This document shows positions 19,267 through 29,245 of a stretch of 64,000 bases of DNA, piece by piece. Location of the stretch: IMG/VR virus record IMGVR_UViG_3300037313_001261, positions 783 to 64,782 of that record. One strand, written 5' to 3'. This DNA is from a virus. Within the stretch, counting starts at the first letter, position 1. Each line of letters opens with the position of its first letter. A program made the position numbers and the translations under genes. The notes beneath the pieces are model-generated. The model was not told where the DNA came from. It ran no database searches and was given only the letters and a program-made list of their open reading frames with translations.

Positions 19267-21363
19267 TTACGCCCCCGTTTTCTTGCCGGATGTGGTGGTC
19301 ATGTCGTGCGGATGGGTCGGGCCGATGATCTGCGAGAACTGCACCCGCGCGCCGCCGGTGCCGCGGTTCGAGGATGTGCCCGAGGTGCGGCCGACGCCGA
19401 GATACGAGCCCCACTTGAAGTAGCAGAGCTTGCCCGGCCAGAAGCTGGAGAGCGGCGACTTCGCCGTGTACTCGACACCGTTGTAGGTGACGGTCACGCG
19501 GATCGCCGTGTTGTCCATCTCGATGACGTAGGTGAACCAGGCGCTGAGCGGGATGTTGGTGACCTGGCCCGAGGCGCTTTTCAGCACGAACTCGGTCTCG
19601 GTCTGCGAGGACCCGGCCTTGTCGTCGTGAAAATTCATCGAGCCGTCGCTCTTGTAGTAGAGCCGGCACGGTTCGTCGTTGGGGCCGTGCACCTGGCCAA
19701 CGATGACGCGGTTGGTCGAGCCGACGGTGAGTGTCGGCATCTGCAGCACGCGGCAGCGGCCCTCGAGCCGGCCGCCGGTCTCCGGGGTCCATTCGAACTC
19801 GTTGGAGCCGTCGGGCAGGATCTCGCGCGCCTCGGTGCGGGCATACGACGAGCCCGAGGTGGTGGCGCCGTCGGTCGGCGTGTAGAGAATGATCGTGCCG
19901 TCGACCTGACGATCAAAGTACTGGTTGTCGAGCGTCTTGAGGTCCGGCGTCTTGTTGGGCCAGATCTCGACCGAGGTGCCCGGCGACGAGGTGTCCGCGT
20001 AAGTGCGGCCCTGGCTGTCGTAGGGCATGTTGAATTTCCACGGCCCGTCTTCGAACGTGGGCATCGTGACCTCGCCCATGTTCGGGTCGGTCGAGCCGCC
20101 GGTGGTCGCCGCCTTGGTGGTCACCGTCCAGGTGTCGGAGACGCCGCCGATGGTCAGCACGACGTTCTTGGCGGTCTGGTACGAGTTGTCCGAGGTGACT
20201 TTGAGCTGCACCGTGTCGCCGTTCTGGATCGAGCCGGCGGTCGAGGTGTAGGAGCCGCCGTTGATGCGGTACGAGCCGTTGGTGATGCTGATCGGCGCCG
20301 GCGCGTTCAGGCCGGAGATGGTCAGCACCTCCGACTGGTACGTGGTCGCCACGTCGGCATTACCCACGTCGGTAAAAGCGAACGCATCCGGGATGGTATC
20401 GGCGGTGGCGTCCTGGGTGGTGATCGTCCACGAGCGCAGCACGGTGCCGATGTTGATCGACACGATCTTGGAGGTGGCGTAGGTGGTCGCCGCCGTGGTC
20501 TTGAGGCGCACGGTGTCGCCGTTGACCACGGTGCCGGACGAGGACGAATACGAGCCGCCGTTCTTGGCCCAGGTCCCGTTCGAGATCGTCACCGAGGCGG
20601 GCGAGTTGATGCCCGAGATGGTGATGATGTTGGACTCGTAGGACGCGCTCGGCACGGCGTTGGTGGTGGTGATCCACACGAAGTCGTCGGGCACGGTGTC
20701 GACCACGATCGCCAGGGTGGTGACCGCATAGGAGGCGCGCACGCCGCCGACGTTGAGCGTGGTCTGCACGGTCGCCGTGTTCTGTAACGAGGAGGTGACG
20801 CGCACGGCGAGCGTGTCGCCGGCCACCACAGTGCCGTCGGCCGACGTGAACGTGCCACCGTTCTTGGAGTACAGCCCGCCGGTGATCGACACGGTGGTGG
20901 CGGCGTTGATGCCGCTGATCGTGATCGTGTTCGAAGTGTAGACGGTGTTCAGCGCCGCGTTGCTGACGTTGGTGAAGGTGAACTGGTCGGGCGTGGTGTC
21001 GGCCGCCGGCGTGCCGCCATTGTCGACGATCTCGCCGTTGTTGCGGATGTAGATCGTGCCACCGCCGGCGCCGCCCGAGGGCAGGATCGTCGGCAGCTCG
21101 TTGATCAGCTCCTGGATCGCGCCCTGCACGTGCGTGGCCGCAATCGGGCCGTAGGGCGCGAACGTGATGCCGGTGGCCGCGGTCGGCCCCGACACACCCG
21201 GCAAGCCGGGCTCGCCCTTCTCACCAGGATCGCCCTTGTCGCCCTTCGGGCCCGGATCGCCGGGTTCCCCCTTCGGGCCCGGATCGCCAGGATCGCCTTT
21301 TAAACCAGGCTCACCCTTGATGCCTTCGACAACGTAGACGTGACCGGGACGAACTGTACGCAT
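19267..21363 (-). CDS. Collagen-like / Ig-repeat fibre with C-terminal PL7 (alginate lyase 2)-like domain
   Basis: GxY collagen repeats, three DTxPDxFxF...YxSxxITISGxN repeats, and RTEARE / GQVHG / YFKWGSY matching PL7 motifs (RxELRE, QIH, YFKAGxY). Confidence 0.75.
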   Translation of the reverse strand: MRTVRPGHVYVVEGIKGEPGLKGDPGDPGPKGEPGDPGPKGDKGDPGEKGEPGLPGVSGPTAATGITFAPYGPIAATHVQGAIQELINELPTILPSGGAGGGTIYIRNNGEIVDNGGTPAADTTPDQFTFTNVSNAALNTVYTSNTITISGINAATTVSITGGLYSKNGGTFTSADGTVVAGDTLAVRVTSSLQNTATVQTTLNVGGVRASYAVTTLAIVVDTVPDDFVWITTTNAVPSASYESNIITISGINSPASVTISNGTWAKNGGSYSSSSGTVVNGDTVRLKTTAATTYATSKIVSINIGTVLRSWTITTQDATADTIPDAFAFTDVGNADVATTYQSEVLTISGLNAPAPISITNGSYRINGGSYTSTAGSIQNGDTVQLKVTSDNSYQTAKNVVLTIGGVSDTWTVTTKAATTGGSTDPNMGEVTMPTFEDGPWKFNMPYDSQGRTYADTSSPGTSVEIWPNKTPDLKTLDNQYFDRQVDGTIILYTPTDGATTSGSSYARTEAREILPDGSNEFEWTPETGGRLEGRCRVLQMPTLTVGSTNRVIVGQVHGPNDEPCRLYYKSDGSMNFHDDKAGSSQTETEFVLKSASGQVTNIPLSAWFTYVIEMDNTAIRVTVTYNGVEYTAKSPLSSFWPGKLCYFKWGSYLGVGRTSGTSSNRGTGGARVQFSQIIGPTHPHDMTTTSGKKTGA

Positions 21364-21366
21364 GGC

Positions 21367-21951
21367 TTAAGCCCATTTCGGGAAGCGCCAGTTCTGGGCT
21401 TCCGGCACACGGCCTGTGTTGGTGAGGTTGCGCAGCACCGCCATGCCGGAGCGGAAGCGCCGGCCGTGGAAGGTGGCGAGGGCGACGTTGCTGTAGGGTT
21501 TGGCGGGCTGGCTCATCATCCGGGAGAGCACGCCGTCGCGCAGCACGTCGTGGCAGGCGACCCAGACATCGTCCGGCAGCATGTCGTCGAGCACGATCGG
21601 GTTCTGCGGCGCGGGCGACAGCACCGTGGTGAGGAAGATCGGCGTGTTGAGATCGTCGGGCGCGGGCGGCGCGGGCAGCACGAGGCTGCGCGTGCGGTCA
21701 TCCACCAGCACATCGTCGACGTTCATCGTCTCGTGCGCGATCTCGAGGAACGCCACGATGGTATCCTGAGTCGGGATTTCGTAGAGCGCGGTGTCGGTGT
21801 CGAGCGGGACTTCGAGCGTCTGGCGCCAGACAAAGGCGGTGCGGCACAGCTCCTCGGCGGCGTTCCAGGTTTCGATGAGAATCGCGCCGTCGAGCGCACC
21901 CGGCAGGCGGATGCGCATCGAGTCCATCCACTGGTCGGTGATCAAGCTCAT
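21367..21951 (-). CDS. Tail adaptor / tubular protein (putative)
   Basis: Position after the capsid gene. AAEELCRTAFVWRQ...GVLSRMMSQPAKPYSN pattern. Confidence 0.55.
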   Translation of the reverse strand: MSLITDQWMDSMRIRLPGALDGAILIETWNAAEELCRTAFVWRQTLEVPLDTDTALYEIPTQDTIVAFLEIAHETMNVDDVLVDDRTRSLVLPAPPAPDDLNTPIFLTTVLSPAPQNPIVLDDMLPDDVWVACHDVLRDGVLSRMMSQPAKPYSNVALATFHGRRFRSGMAVLRNLTNTGRVPEAQNWRFPKWA

Positions 21952-22292
21952 ACGCCGGTCCCCAGCGTTGCGATGAATTTCTGCAGGAAGGCGGAGGCGC
22001 GCGCTTCGTCGGTGGCTTCGGTGTCGGCGAGCAGCACACGGCCGGCGATGTAGTAGGCCAGCGCCGAGCGGTACTGCGGCGAGAAGTCGACGATCTGCGC
22101 GAGCGCGGTGTAGTCCGGCACGTTCTGGGCGCGGCCGATGAACAGATCCGGGCGCATCCGACGCGCCTCGAGCAGCCCGATATTGAGTGCGGAGAGAAAG
22201 TGATCGTCAGGATAGCGGTACGGAACCACGCGGTCCTGGAGGAGACGGCGCGCTTCGGTGGCGTAATCCTGACCGGTTTCCAGCGCTGCCAT
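21948..22292 (-). CDS. Head-tail connector / adaptor (putative)
   Basis: ARRLLQD...RYPDD...LNIGL...RPDLF resembles phage adaptor proteins. Confidence 0.55.
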   Translation of the reverse strand: MAALETGQDYATEARRLLQDRVVPYRYPDDHFLSALNIGLLEARRMRPDLFIGRAQNVPDYTALAQIVDFSPQYRSALAYYIAGRVLLADTEATDEARASAFLQKFIATLGTGV

Positions 22293-22315
22293 TATTGCCC
22301 CTGTCGTGTCATGTC

Positions 22316-22356
22316 GGGGCGGGGGTTATTACCCAGACAGGTAACTCCCCCGCTCC
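22316..22356 (-). terminator. Hairpin after the capsid gene, with the TTACC-N6-GGTAA motif in its apex
   Basis: gcgggggttattacccagacaggtaactcccccgc inverted repeat just 3' of the MCP stop. Confidence 0.45.
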
Positions 22357-22376
22357 CTAGCCCCCCATTCGTGGGA

Positions 22377-23342
22377 TTACGGAACCACAACAGCCTGGGC
22401 GAGCGCCGTGCCGTCGAGGACCTTGTAGCCGTAGATCTGCAGGCCGCGCAGGACGTTGCCGAAGGTCTGCTCCGAGCGGAGCGTCTCAACGTTGGTCATC
22501 TGCGAAGCGAAGGTCAGCGCGTGGGCGTGGCCGGCGTAGACCACCCACTCACCCGCCGCCAGACCGCCGGCAACGCCGGTGGGCAGGAGGTTGGAGGCGT
22601 AGATGGTGAAGCGGTCGACCATGCCGAGGCGGCCGTTGCGCAGGATCGAGGAGCCGTCGCCGGTGAGCGACGCGTCGCGCAGCTCGGACTGCTTGATCAT
22701 CGCGGCAGCCCAGGCGGGCAGCACGACCCAGCGGCCGGTCTCCGGGATATTTTGCTCGTCGAGCGTGAGGCCGAGGCGCACCAGGAGGTCCACGATCTCG
22801 ACTTCGCCGGCAGCCGGGTTACGGGCAGCGAGGTTGAGCGGCGTGCCCGAAGCACCAAGGTTGATCGAGGACGAGATGTTGCCCGCGGTCGTGCCCTTGT
22901 TCTTGGTCGCGGCCTGGCCGAGGATGCCCTTGAGCACGTCGGTGTCGATCGTGATCTTCATCTGCTCGCCGGCGTCTTCCGACCACAGGCTGAGCATGTT
23001 GATGTCGGCCTGCACTTCGAACACGTCGTCGAGGATCGTGCTGAAATACTTGCCCTTGTCGATCAGGAGCGTGGTGACGTTGGAGCTCGGACGCTCGGTG
23101 GTCAGCGCCTGGCCGATCTGGTAGTCACGGATGGTGACCGTCGGCTTGGTGCGGATGATGACCTTGTCGCCCTGGTTCTTCAGCTCACCTTCGTAGTCGG
23201 TGTTGCTGATGGCCGACAGAACCGTGGACGCGTAGAACTTCTCGATCAGCTTGCCCGACCAGATTTCCGGGATGAAAGTCCCGGAGTAGGCCGGAGACGC
23301 AGCGGTGCCAACGGCCTGCGTGCCGGAGACAGGATAAGTCAT
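22377..23342 (-). CDS. Major capsid protein
   Basis: FIPEIWSGKLIEKFY...NTDYEGELKNQGDKVII...LRGLQIYGYKV is a P22-coat-like MCP signature. Follows the scaffold and has a strong RBS. Confidence 0.85.
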   Translation of the reverse strand: MTYPVSGTQAVGTAASPAYSGTFIPEIWSGKLIEKFYASTVLSAISNTDYEGELKNQGDKVIIRTKPTVTIRDYQIGQALTTERPSSNVTTLLIDKGKYFSTILDDVFEVQADINMLSLWSEDAGEQMKITIDTDVLKGILGQAATKNKGTTAGNISSSINLGASGTPLNLAARNPAAGEVEIVDLLVRLGLTLDEQNIPETGRWVVLPAWAAAMIKQSELRDASLTGDGSSILRNGRLGMVDRFTIYASNLLPTGVAGGLAAGEWVVYAGHAHALTFASQMTNVETLRSEQTFGNVLRGLQIYGYKVLDGTALAQAVVVP

Positions 23343-23393
23343 GGATGCCCCCTTGAAGGCTGGTGCTTGGTTTCGCCGTTAGAGCGAAGGTTT

Positions 23394-24434
23394 TTATTTC
23401 GTCACCCGGCCATCACGCACAGCTTCGTCGAACATTCGCTCGAGCCGCTGTCTCTCCTCGTCGCGGCCGCGGTACTTGCCGCGGGTCACATCAGAATAGA
23501 ACTGCGTGATTTGGGATGCTTTGATGAAAGGCTTTTCGGCGCTCTGCGCCGCCGTCACCGGCGTGCCTGCCGACTTCGCTCTGCCTGGTGCCGCTAGGTC
23601 CGCGAGCGGGTCATGGACCGGCTGCGGAGTCGCCTGCGGGGCGAAGGCAGGATGTTCCTGCTGGAACCGTGCAATGAAGCGTCCGACACGGGAGGCATCA
23701 TTGCGTTCTACCGCCGAGTCCAGCAGAGATTTCAGGTTCTGTCCAGAGAAGTCGTCGCTGGTGTTTTTGAGCCAGTCAATAAACGTCGGGTTTTGATTGA
23801 TTTCACGCCAGTTTGGATGAGACACGTCCAAAGAATCGAACATGCGCTGGCGCGCGCTGACCCGGCTTTGCGTGGCGACGCCATCCATTTTGGCCTGCAG
23901 ATCAGCGATCTGCTGCTGCAGCGGCACGACCTTTTCGAGCGCTTTCTTTTCAACCACGCTCATGAAGTCTTCGCCGTACTCGGCGATTTCTTCGTCCGTC
24001 ACCAGGCGCTGGCCGGGCTGGAACGACATCTCGGGCGCGGCCATGCGCTCGCGCAGCGACTTGAGCTCGGCAGCCATCGCGGCGTTCTCGCGCACGAGGT
24101 CATCGAGCTGGGTGCGCAGCGCCTTGTTGCGCCCCTGCTCGCTCTTGAACTTCTGCTCGAAGTCATCAGGGCGCGGCGGGGTCTCCGTTGTCGGCTGCTG
24201 GAACTGCTGCTCATTACCCGGCTGGGTAACTGTCGGCTCGGGCTTCTGCGCCTGGACCTCCGGCTGCGCGGGCTGCGGCTGGGGCTGGGGCTCGGGCTGC
24301 GCCGGGGCCTGCGGCTGCGGGTTCTGGCTCTCGGCGAACTGCTTGGCGAGTTCCTCGGCCTTGCGCGCGTTGGCCAACACGGCGGGCGGCAGCGTCGGGG
24401 TGTGATGCGAGGGCGAGGTGGGGGAGGCGGTCAT
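23394..24434 (-). CDS. Capsid scaffolding protein (putative)
   Basis: P/Q-rich N-terminus and coiled coil, immediately upstream of the MCP. Confidence 0.65.
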   Translation of the reverse strand: MTASPTSPSHHTPTLPPAVLANARKAEELAKQFAESQNPQPQAPAQPEPQPQPQPAQPEVQAQKPEPTVTQPGNEQQFQQPTTETPPRPDDFEQKFKSEQGRNKALRTQLDDLVRENAAMAAELKSLRERMAAPEMSFQPGQRLVTDEEIAEYGEDFMSVVEKKALEKVVPLQQQIADLQAKMDGVATQSRVSARQRMFDSLDVSHPNWREINQNPTFIDWLKNTSDDFSGQNLKSLLDSAVERNDASRVGRFIARFQQEHPAFAPQATPQPVHDPLADLAAPGRAKSAGTPVTAAQSAEKPFIKASQITQFYSDVTRGKYRGRDEERQRLERMFDEAVRDGRVTK

Positions 24435-24685
24435 CGTGCTTTACCTTGATCGTACTTCTGCACCAGGGCCGGGGCGTTCATCAGCGTGCGCAGCAGCTCG
24501 CGCGTGGATTGCGCGCGGCCCTGGGCCCGATGAAGGCTCTCGGAAGGGGCTTCGGTGAGTTGATCGTCATGCTGCTCGCGCAGCTGGTTGAGGGCCTGCA
24601 GGAAGGCGGTCCACTCGGTCGGGGCGTGCGCGCGAAGGGCAAGCGCCGCCCGGGCGACAGCTTCTTCAGGTTTGGGAACAGCCAT
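24431..24685 (-). CDS. Hypothetical protein
   Basis: ATG at 24685 (MAVPKPEE), coupled to the scaffold gene. Confidence 0.55.
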   Translation of the reverse strand: MAVPKPEEAVARAALALRAHAPTEWTAFLQALNQLREQHDDQLTEAPSESLHRAQGRAQSTRELLRTLMNAPALVQKYDQGKAR

Positions 24686-24695
24686 GTGGTGGGGC

Positions 24696-24875
24696 TTATG
24701 GTTTGCCGCGCTTGAGCAGCGTGGTCTCGGTGGAACTGGTGACGTTGTACGGCGACTTCTTGGAGTAGTTGTTGAGCGCACGCCCGTACTTGTCGTCGGA
24801 CATGAGATCCTGCCGCCCGAAATACGGACGCTTGATCTTGTCGCCGTTGATGACGGGCGTGCGCTTGATGCTCAT
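24696..24875 (-). CDS. Hypothetical protein
   Basis: MSIKRTPV..., coupled to the upstream stop. Confidence 0.45.
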   Translation of the reverse strand: MSIKRTPVINGDKIKRPYFGRQDLMSDDKYGRALNNYSKKSPYNVTSSTETTLLKRGKP

Positions 24876-25213
24876 CAGGTCACCGTGGCGCTCGGCGCCG
24901 AGTACGAGACGAACTTGCCGTGATCGCTGGTGGCGATGTTGCCGAAGGAGATCTTCGAGCCGACATCGGCCGCGGTGAGCACGTAAGTCGCCCCGTTCGC
25001 GCCGCTGATGGCGACGGTGCCGGTGGCGGTGAGGCGATACCACTGCCGGGTGATCGTGATCGTCGGCATCCCGGTGAACGTGCCGTTGGTGCCGGTGAGC
25101 GTCGAGCCGTTGGTGGCGGTGCCCGTGAACGTCGGAAGCGTGCCGGGGTGCGGCGCGCCGTCGAGCGCGTCGTGCCCCTGGATCTCCCGCATGTGGCGCT
25201 GGGAGCGGCTCAT
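24875..25213 (-). CDS. Small Ig-like virion decoration protein
   Basis: GTATNGSTLT...RQWYR...ISGANGATYVLTAADVGSKI Ig-like pattern. Confidence 0.6.
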   Translation of the reverse strand: MSRSQRHMREIQGHDALDGAPHPGTLPTFTGTATNGSTLTGTNGTFTGMPTITITRQWYRLTATGTVAISGANGATYVLTAADVGSKISFGNIATSDHGKFVSYSAPSATVT

Positions 25214-25443
25214 TACTTGCCGCCCTTCTTGCCGGTCTGGAACGGCGGCATCGGGCCGGCGGACTGCTTGCCGAACATCTTGCCCGAGCCGCCCTTGCCG
25301 AACTTGCCGCCGCCGGATCCGGATTTCTCCGTCACGCCGGGCTTCTGCGGGCCGGCCGACTGCTGGCCGAACATCTTGCCCGAGCCGCCGGCCGCGAAGG
25401 TCGGCTTGGAGCTCGAGATCACTTTCTTCGTCATCTTTGCCAC
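25213..25443 (-). CDS. Small basic Lys/Gly-rich protein with internal repeat
   Basis: GTG start after AAGGAGG. GGSGKMFGxQSAGP occurs twice. Confidence 0.55.
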   Translation of the reverse strand: MAKMTKKVISSSKPTFAAGGSGKMFGQQSAGPQKPGVTEKSGSGGGKFGKGGSGKMFGKQSAGPMPPFQTGKKGGK

Positions 25444-25492
25444 GGTGGGCCTCCTTGGGTGGTGGGGTTGGTTACCCACGGGGGTAAAGCGG

Positions 25493-27031
25493 TTACGGCA
25501 GCGAGTTCAGGTCGACGAACCCGCTGGGTGCTGTGAAACTGAACGAGGCGCTGTTGGGGCGCAGGGTGACGGCGTCATCCGAGTTGAACAGGCTGAACAT
25601 CGGGAACATCGCGCCGGTGATGCTTGAGATGCTCATGCCACCCACATTGGTCGCCGGGTCGGCGCTGGTGTTGGCGTTCCACTTCGCGCCGTTGACCGAG
25701 AACCAGATCTTCTTGTTGGTGCCGTCGACGGCGACGCGGATGACCTGGCCGGTGGTGACCGGGTTGTTGGTGCCGGCCACAGCGTCGTTGATGAGCATGG
25801 CGCCGTTGTAGTAGAGGCCGAACGAGTTGGCGTCCTTGCCGACATACGAGGTCGAGGCAAGGCTGGTCGCCGAGGTGGCGACGCCGACGCCGGTGCCGTC
25901 GTTGGTGGCCATCGCGCCGCCGACCACGATCTCGAAATACACCTTCTGGGTCGTGAACGACTTGGTGCCGCGCGCCGAGCGCTGCAGCGTCGAGGTGTTG
26001 GTCGCCGTGAGGTTGCTGTTGGTGTAGGTGATGCCCGACGACGAGTCGGCGGTGTTCCAGGTCACGCCGGAGGCCGCCGAGACGGTGACCGTCTGGGTCG
26101 ACACACGCGGCGTGTTGGTGGCCCCGGCCAGCGTTTCGGTCAGGGTGATGGTCTTCGAGCCGGTGGTGGTGAACGTGCCCGACACCGTGGTGCCCGACAC
26201 CGTGAGGGTCGCGCCGTCGGATGAGGTCGCGGTGATCGTCGAGCCCGTCGTCTTGCCCGAGATCGTGCCGGAATAGGCCACGTTCTGGGTCGCGGTCAGC
26301 GGCGACAGAGTGAGCGCGTTCAAGGTCGCGGCAGGGGCGCTCACCGTCACCGTCTGGGTCGAGACGCGCGGCGAGTTGGTGGCGTCGGCGATCGTCTCGG
26401 TGAGCGTGATCGTCTTGGAGCCGGTCGTGCTGAACGTGCCCGACACGGTGGTGCCCGACACGGTCAGCGTGGTGCCGTCGGACGAGGTCGCGGTGATCGT
26501 CGAGCCGGTGGTCCGGCCGGAAATCGTGCCCGAATAGGCGCTGCTCTGGGTCGCGGTCAGCGGCGACAGCGTCAAGGTCGCAAGCGTGTTCTCAAGCACG
26601 TTGGTGACGGTGACGTTGATCGTCTGCGCGGTGGGGTTGCCGGCCGTGTCGGTGGCCGTAACCTGCACGACGTAGACGTTATCGAGATTGGCATCGCTGG
26701 GGGCGTCGTAGTCCCGCGCCGTCATGGTGAGCGTGTTACCCGTGAGGGTAAACAGCGCCGCATCCGCCCCGCCGGTTTTCGTCCAGGTGACGGTCTCGTT
26801 GGCGGTGAGCGTCAGCGAGAACGCGGCGTTCTCGGCCACACTGGCGGTAGCGCTCGAGGTGATCGTCGGCGCGGTCGTGTCGCCGGCCGGGGCGGCAAGC
26901 TCGTAGGCAAAGGTCTTGCTCAGCGGGTCGGCCGGCAGCGTGCCCTCGCCCGCCTTGTTGAAGGCCGGTCCGGAATCGCCCGGGGTAAGCTCCGCGGTCG
27001 CGCTAAAACTGTCGCCATACAGACCGGGCAT
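25493..27031 (-). CDS. Surface / decoration protein: cadherin-like + Ig-like repeats + SPRY / ConA-like domain
   Basis: DTTAPTITS...SVAEN...DYDAPSDANLDNVYVVQVTATD (cadherin-like), duplicated LTLSPLTATQ...PRVSTQTVTVS, and KVYFEI...GVGV SPRY-like C-terminus. Confidence 0.7.
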   Translation of the reverse strand: MPGLYGDSFSATAELTPGDSGPAFNKAGEGTLPADPLSKTFAYELAAPAGDTTAPTITSSATASVAENAAFSLTLTANETVTWTKTGGADAALFTLTGNTLTMTARDYDAPSDANLDNVYVVQVTATDTAGNPTAQTINVTVTNVLENTLATLTLSPLTATQSSAYSGTISGRTTGSTITATSSDGTTLTVSGTTVSGTFSTTGSKTITLTETIADATNSPRVSTQTVTVSAPAATLNALTLSPLTATQNVAYSGTISGKTTGSTITATSSDGATLTVSGTTVSGTFTTTGSKTITLTETLAGATNTPRVSTQTVTVSAASGVTWNTADSSSGITYTNSNLTATNTSTLQRSARGTKSFTTQKVYFEIVVGGAMATNDGTGVGVATSATSLASTSYVGKDANSFGLYYNGAMLINDAVAGTNNPVTTGQVIRVAVDGTNKKIWFSVNGAKWNANTSADPATNVGGMSISSITGAMFPMFSLFNSDDAVTLRPNSASFSFTAPSGFVDLNSLP

Positions 27032-29169
27032 CAGGCCATCCCCCGCATCGCTTTGCCGTCAGCGACCCCGAGACCGGGGCTGTCGGGCTTCTGGGGCGGG
27101 GCCTGGCCGGGGCCGGCGGCGGTCGGCGCATTACCTTTCGGGGTAACCGGGGCGCCCGGCGCGGCCGGTTTGCCACCGGGGCCGGGCGGCTGGCCCATCG
27201 CGGCCTGCGCGGCAGCGGCCTGCGCCTGCTCCTGCAGCATGGCCTGGATCTCCTGGTCGGACGGCACGATCTCCTCGCCGTCAAAATTGAGGTCCTCGGC
27301 GACGCCGCGCAGCACGGTGGCGCGGCCCTTCGGCCCGATGATCTGCATGTCGATCGGGTTCATGGTCGCCTGCAGGAACTCGATGCGGCGCTGGCGGTCG
27401 GTCTCGCGCTGGATCGCCACATCGACACCGCGCACCACAATCGACTCGTCGCCGCGGAAGGCGCCGGTCTGATTTGTCAGCATCTCCATGTCGTAGAGCC
27501 CTTGGAGGCAGGGCTGGAAAATGTCTCGGTCGATGTTGGCGGCCACCGTTTGGAGAATTTTGCTCGCGTTGCCCATGAGCATCGCCAGGCCACTGCTCGT
27601 GCGGCCTGCGCCACCCAGACGCTCGGATCCCGTGATGTATCGCGGGATGGCCGAAAGCTCGTCGGCGATTTGCGAAAATTTCTCATAGACGCCCAACAGC
27701 TCCTGCGCATTGCTCTGCGGCTGAAAGAACTCGATCGGCTTGAGGGTCGAGGACGACGACATCGGGTCGCTCGTCACGTGCCAGCGCTTCCAGGGATAGA
27801 GCTCGTCGCCGTTCTCACCCGGGGCGAGGCGGTCATCATTGACCGTCACCTGCGGGCCCGAGGAGATGGCGAGGTTGTTGACGAGCGAGCGCAGCGCGGC
27901 GTTGCAGACGTCCTGAATGTCCTCGAGGATATCCGGCAGCGCGTTGCCGACCGGGGTGCCCGGGACCTTCTCGAACGAGGTGATGTAGTAGGGATGGCGC
28001 TTGCGCGGGCTGGGCGACATCTGGACCTTGATCACGTGCCGGCCGATGAGCCAGGCCTGGACAAAGTAATCGCGGTCGGGATCGGCGATCTGGGCGGTGT
28101 CCATGCCCCAGTTGAGGAGCATGTGGCCCTGGATCGAGCCGTGGAACTCGAGGCCGTAGATCATGCCGGTCTGGTTGAAGACCGGGTTCTCGCGGTTCTC
28201 GTTCTGGGAGCGCTCGGAGTCGGTGGGGTCGATGTTGTCGTAGAGACCGTTGGCGTAGTCGTTCAGAACAGCCCGGACAGCATCTTCATTATAGCCAGGC
28301 AGACCAAGCACGTCATTAAGATCGGCACGGCGGAAGCGCACGCGCTCGATGCAGTCGGCGTCCTCGATGTCGGAGACACCAGGCGAGAAAAACAGGTCGA
28401 AGGGCGATACACGCTCCCAGAATAGCTTGGGCTTCTGCTGGACGGCGGGTTTTCCATTCTGCCACACCACATCGGGGACAATGCGCACCACCGGACCCTT
28501 GACGCAGGCAAAGGGAAACAGCGGCAGGTCAACGAGGAATTCGGCCAGCGCCTTGTAGAAGCCGCCCTCCACGAGCCGGTCCTGCAACATGCCCTCGGCT
28601 TTTTCGGCCTCAAACTTCGCCTTCTTCTTGGCGGCGCGGTCGGCGGCCTCGACGAGCGAGCTGATGCGGTCCTTGATCTGGTTCGGGTCGAGCTGCTGCC
28701 CGGCCTGCTGGGTGGCGGTTACCTCCTGGGTAACGAGGCTCTGGATCGCATCCTGGACATGATCCGGAATCACCGGCTCGGGTGTCGGGTCGAGCCCCCA
28801 CGGCCGGTCGGGGCCGAGATAGACCTCGCGCAAGAGCGAGGTGGCGCCGCGGCACTTCACGGCGGTCAGGCGCGCGTACACCGTGGACCCGCCGAACTGC
28901 TGAATCTCTGCCATCTTCTGCGGGCTGTACTGGCCGTTGAACACGCGCTGGGCGTGCAGCAGGCGCTCGTTCCAGCCTTGAGCCGATGAGCGATGGTTGC
29001 GCATCAGCTCGTACTGCCGGCGGATGTGCGCCGCCAGCTCGGTTTCAACCTGTTGATTGTTGCCCTCACCGGCCCGCGCCGCGGCCTGGTCGGACACGGC
29101 GATGGCGCTCGTCAACTCCTGGGGAGTGACGACACGCATCATGCCTTTAGCTGGGACATTCTGGACCAT
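27031..29169 (-). CDS. Portal protein
   Basis: ~710 aa, first gene of the structural operon. ERVSPFDLFFSPG, LEDIQDVCNAALRSLVNNLAISSGPQV and RTSSGLAMLMGNASK are podoviral portal motifs. Confidence 0.85.
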   Translation of the reverse strand: MVQNVPAKGMMRVVTPQELTSAIAVSDQAAARAGEGNNQQVETELAAHIRRQYELMRNHRSSAQGWNERLLHAQRVFNGQYSPQKMAEIQQFGGSTVYARLTAVKCRGATSLLREVYLGPDRPWGLDPTPEPVIPDHVQDAIQSLVTQEVTATQQAGQQLDPNQIKDRISSLVEAADRAAKKKAKFEAEKAEGMLQDRLVEGGFYKALAEFLVDLPLFPFACVKGPVVRIVPDVVWQNGKPAVQQKPKLFWERVSPFDLFFSPGVSDIEDADCIERVRFRRADLNDVLGLPGYNEDAVRAVLNDYANGLYDNIDPTDSERSQNENRENPVFNQTGMIYGLEFHGSIQGHMLLNWGMDTAQIADPDRDYFVQAWLIGRHVIKVQMSPSPRKRHPYYITSFEKVPGTPVGNALPDILEDIQDVCNAALRSLVNNLAISSGPQVTVNDDRLAPGENGDELYPWKRWHVTSDPMSSSSTLKPIEFFQPQSNAQELLGVYEKFSQIADELSAIPRYITGSERLGGAGRTSSGLAMLMGNASKILQTVAANIDRDIFQPCLQGLYDMEMLTNQTGAFRGDESIVVRGVDVAIQRETDRQRRIEFLQATMNPIDMQIIGPKGRATVLRGVAEDLNFDGEEIVPSDQEIQAMLQEQAQAAAAQAAMGQPPGPGGKPAAPGAPVTPKGNAPTAAGPGQAPPQKPDSPGLGVADGKAMRGMA

Positions 29170-29245
29170 GACCCCATAAATACAGTATATTCCCATGCGC
29201 GCGCAATAGACATAACAAAATGTCAAGTGAAAAGGGGGCGCTCCC
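29170..29245. promoter_or_regulatory. Divergent AT-rich intergenic region between portal and terminase operons
   Basis: Minus strand has TTGACA (plus-strand tgtcaa at 29221-29226). Short AT-rich spacer between divergent starts. Confidence 0.45.

Noticed and set aside
18265-21363. Tandem DNA repeats in the fibre genes (also 26090-26590 and 8400-8570)
   Set aside because: Explained by protein domain repeats (collagen, fibre, Ig-like).
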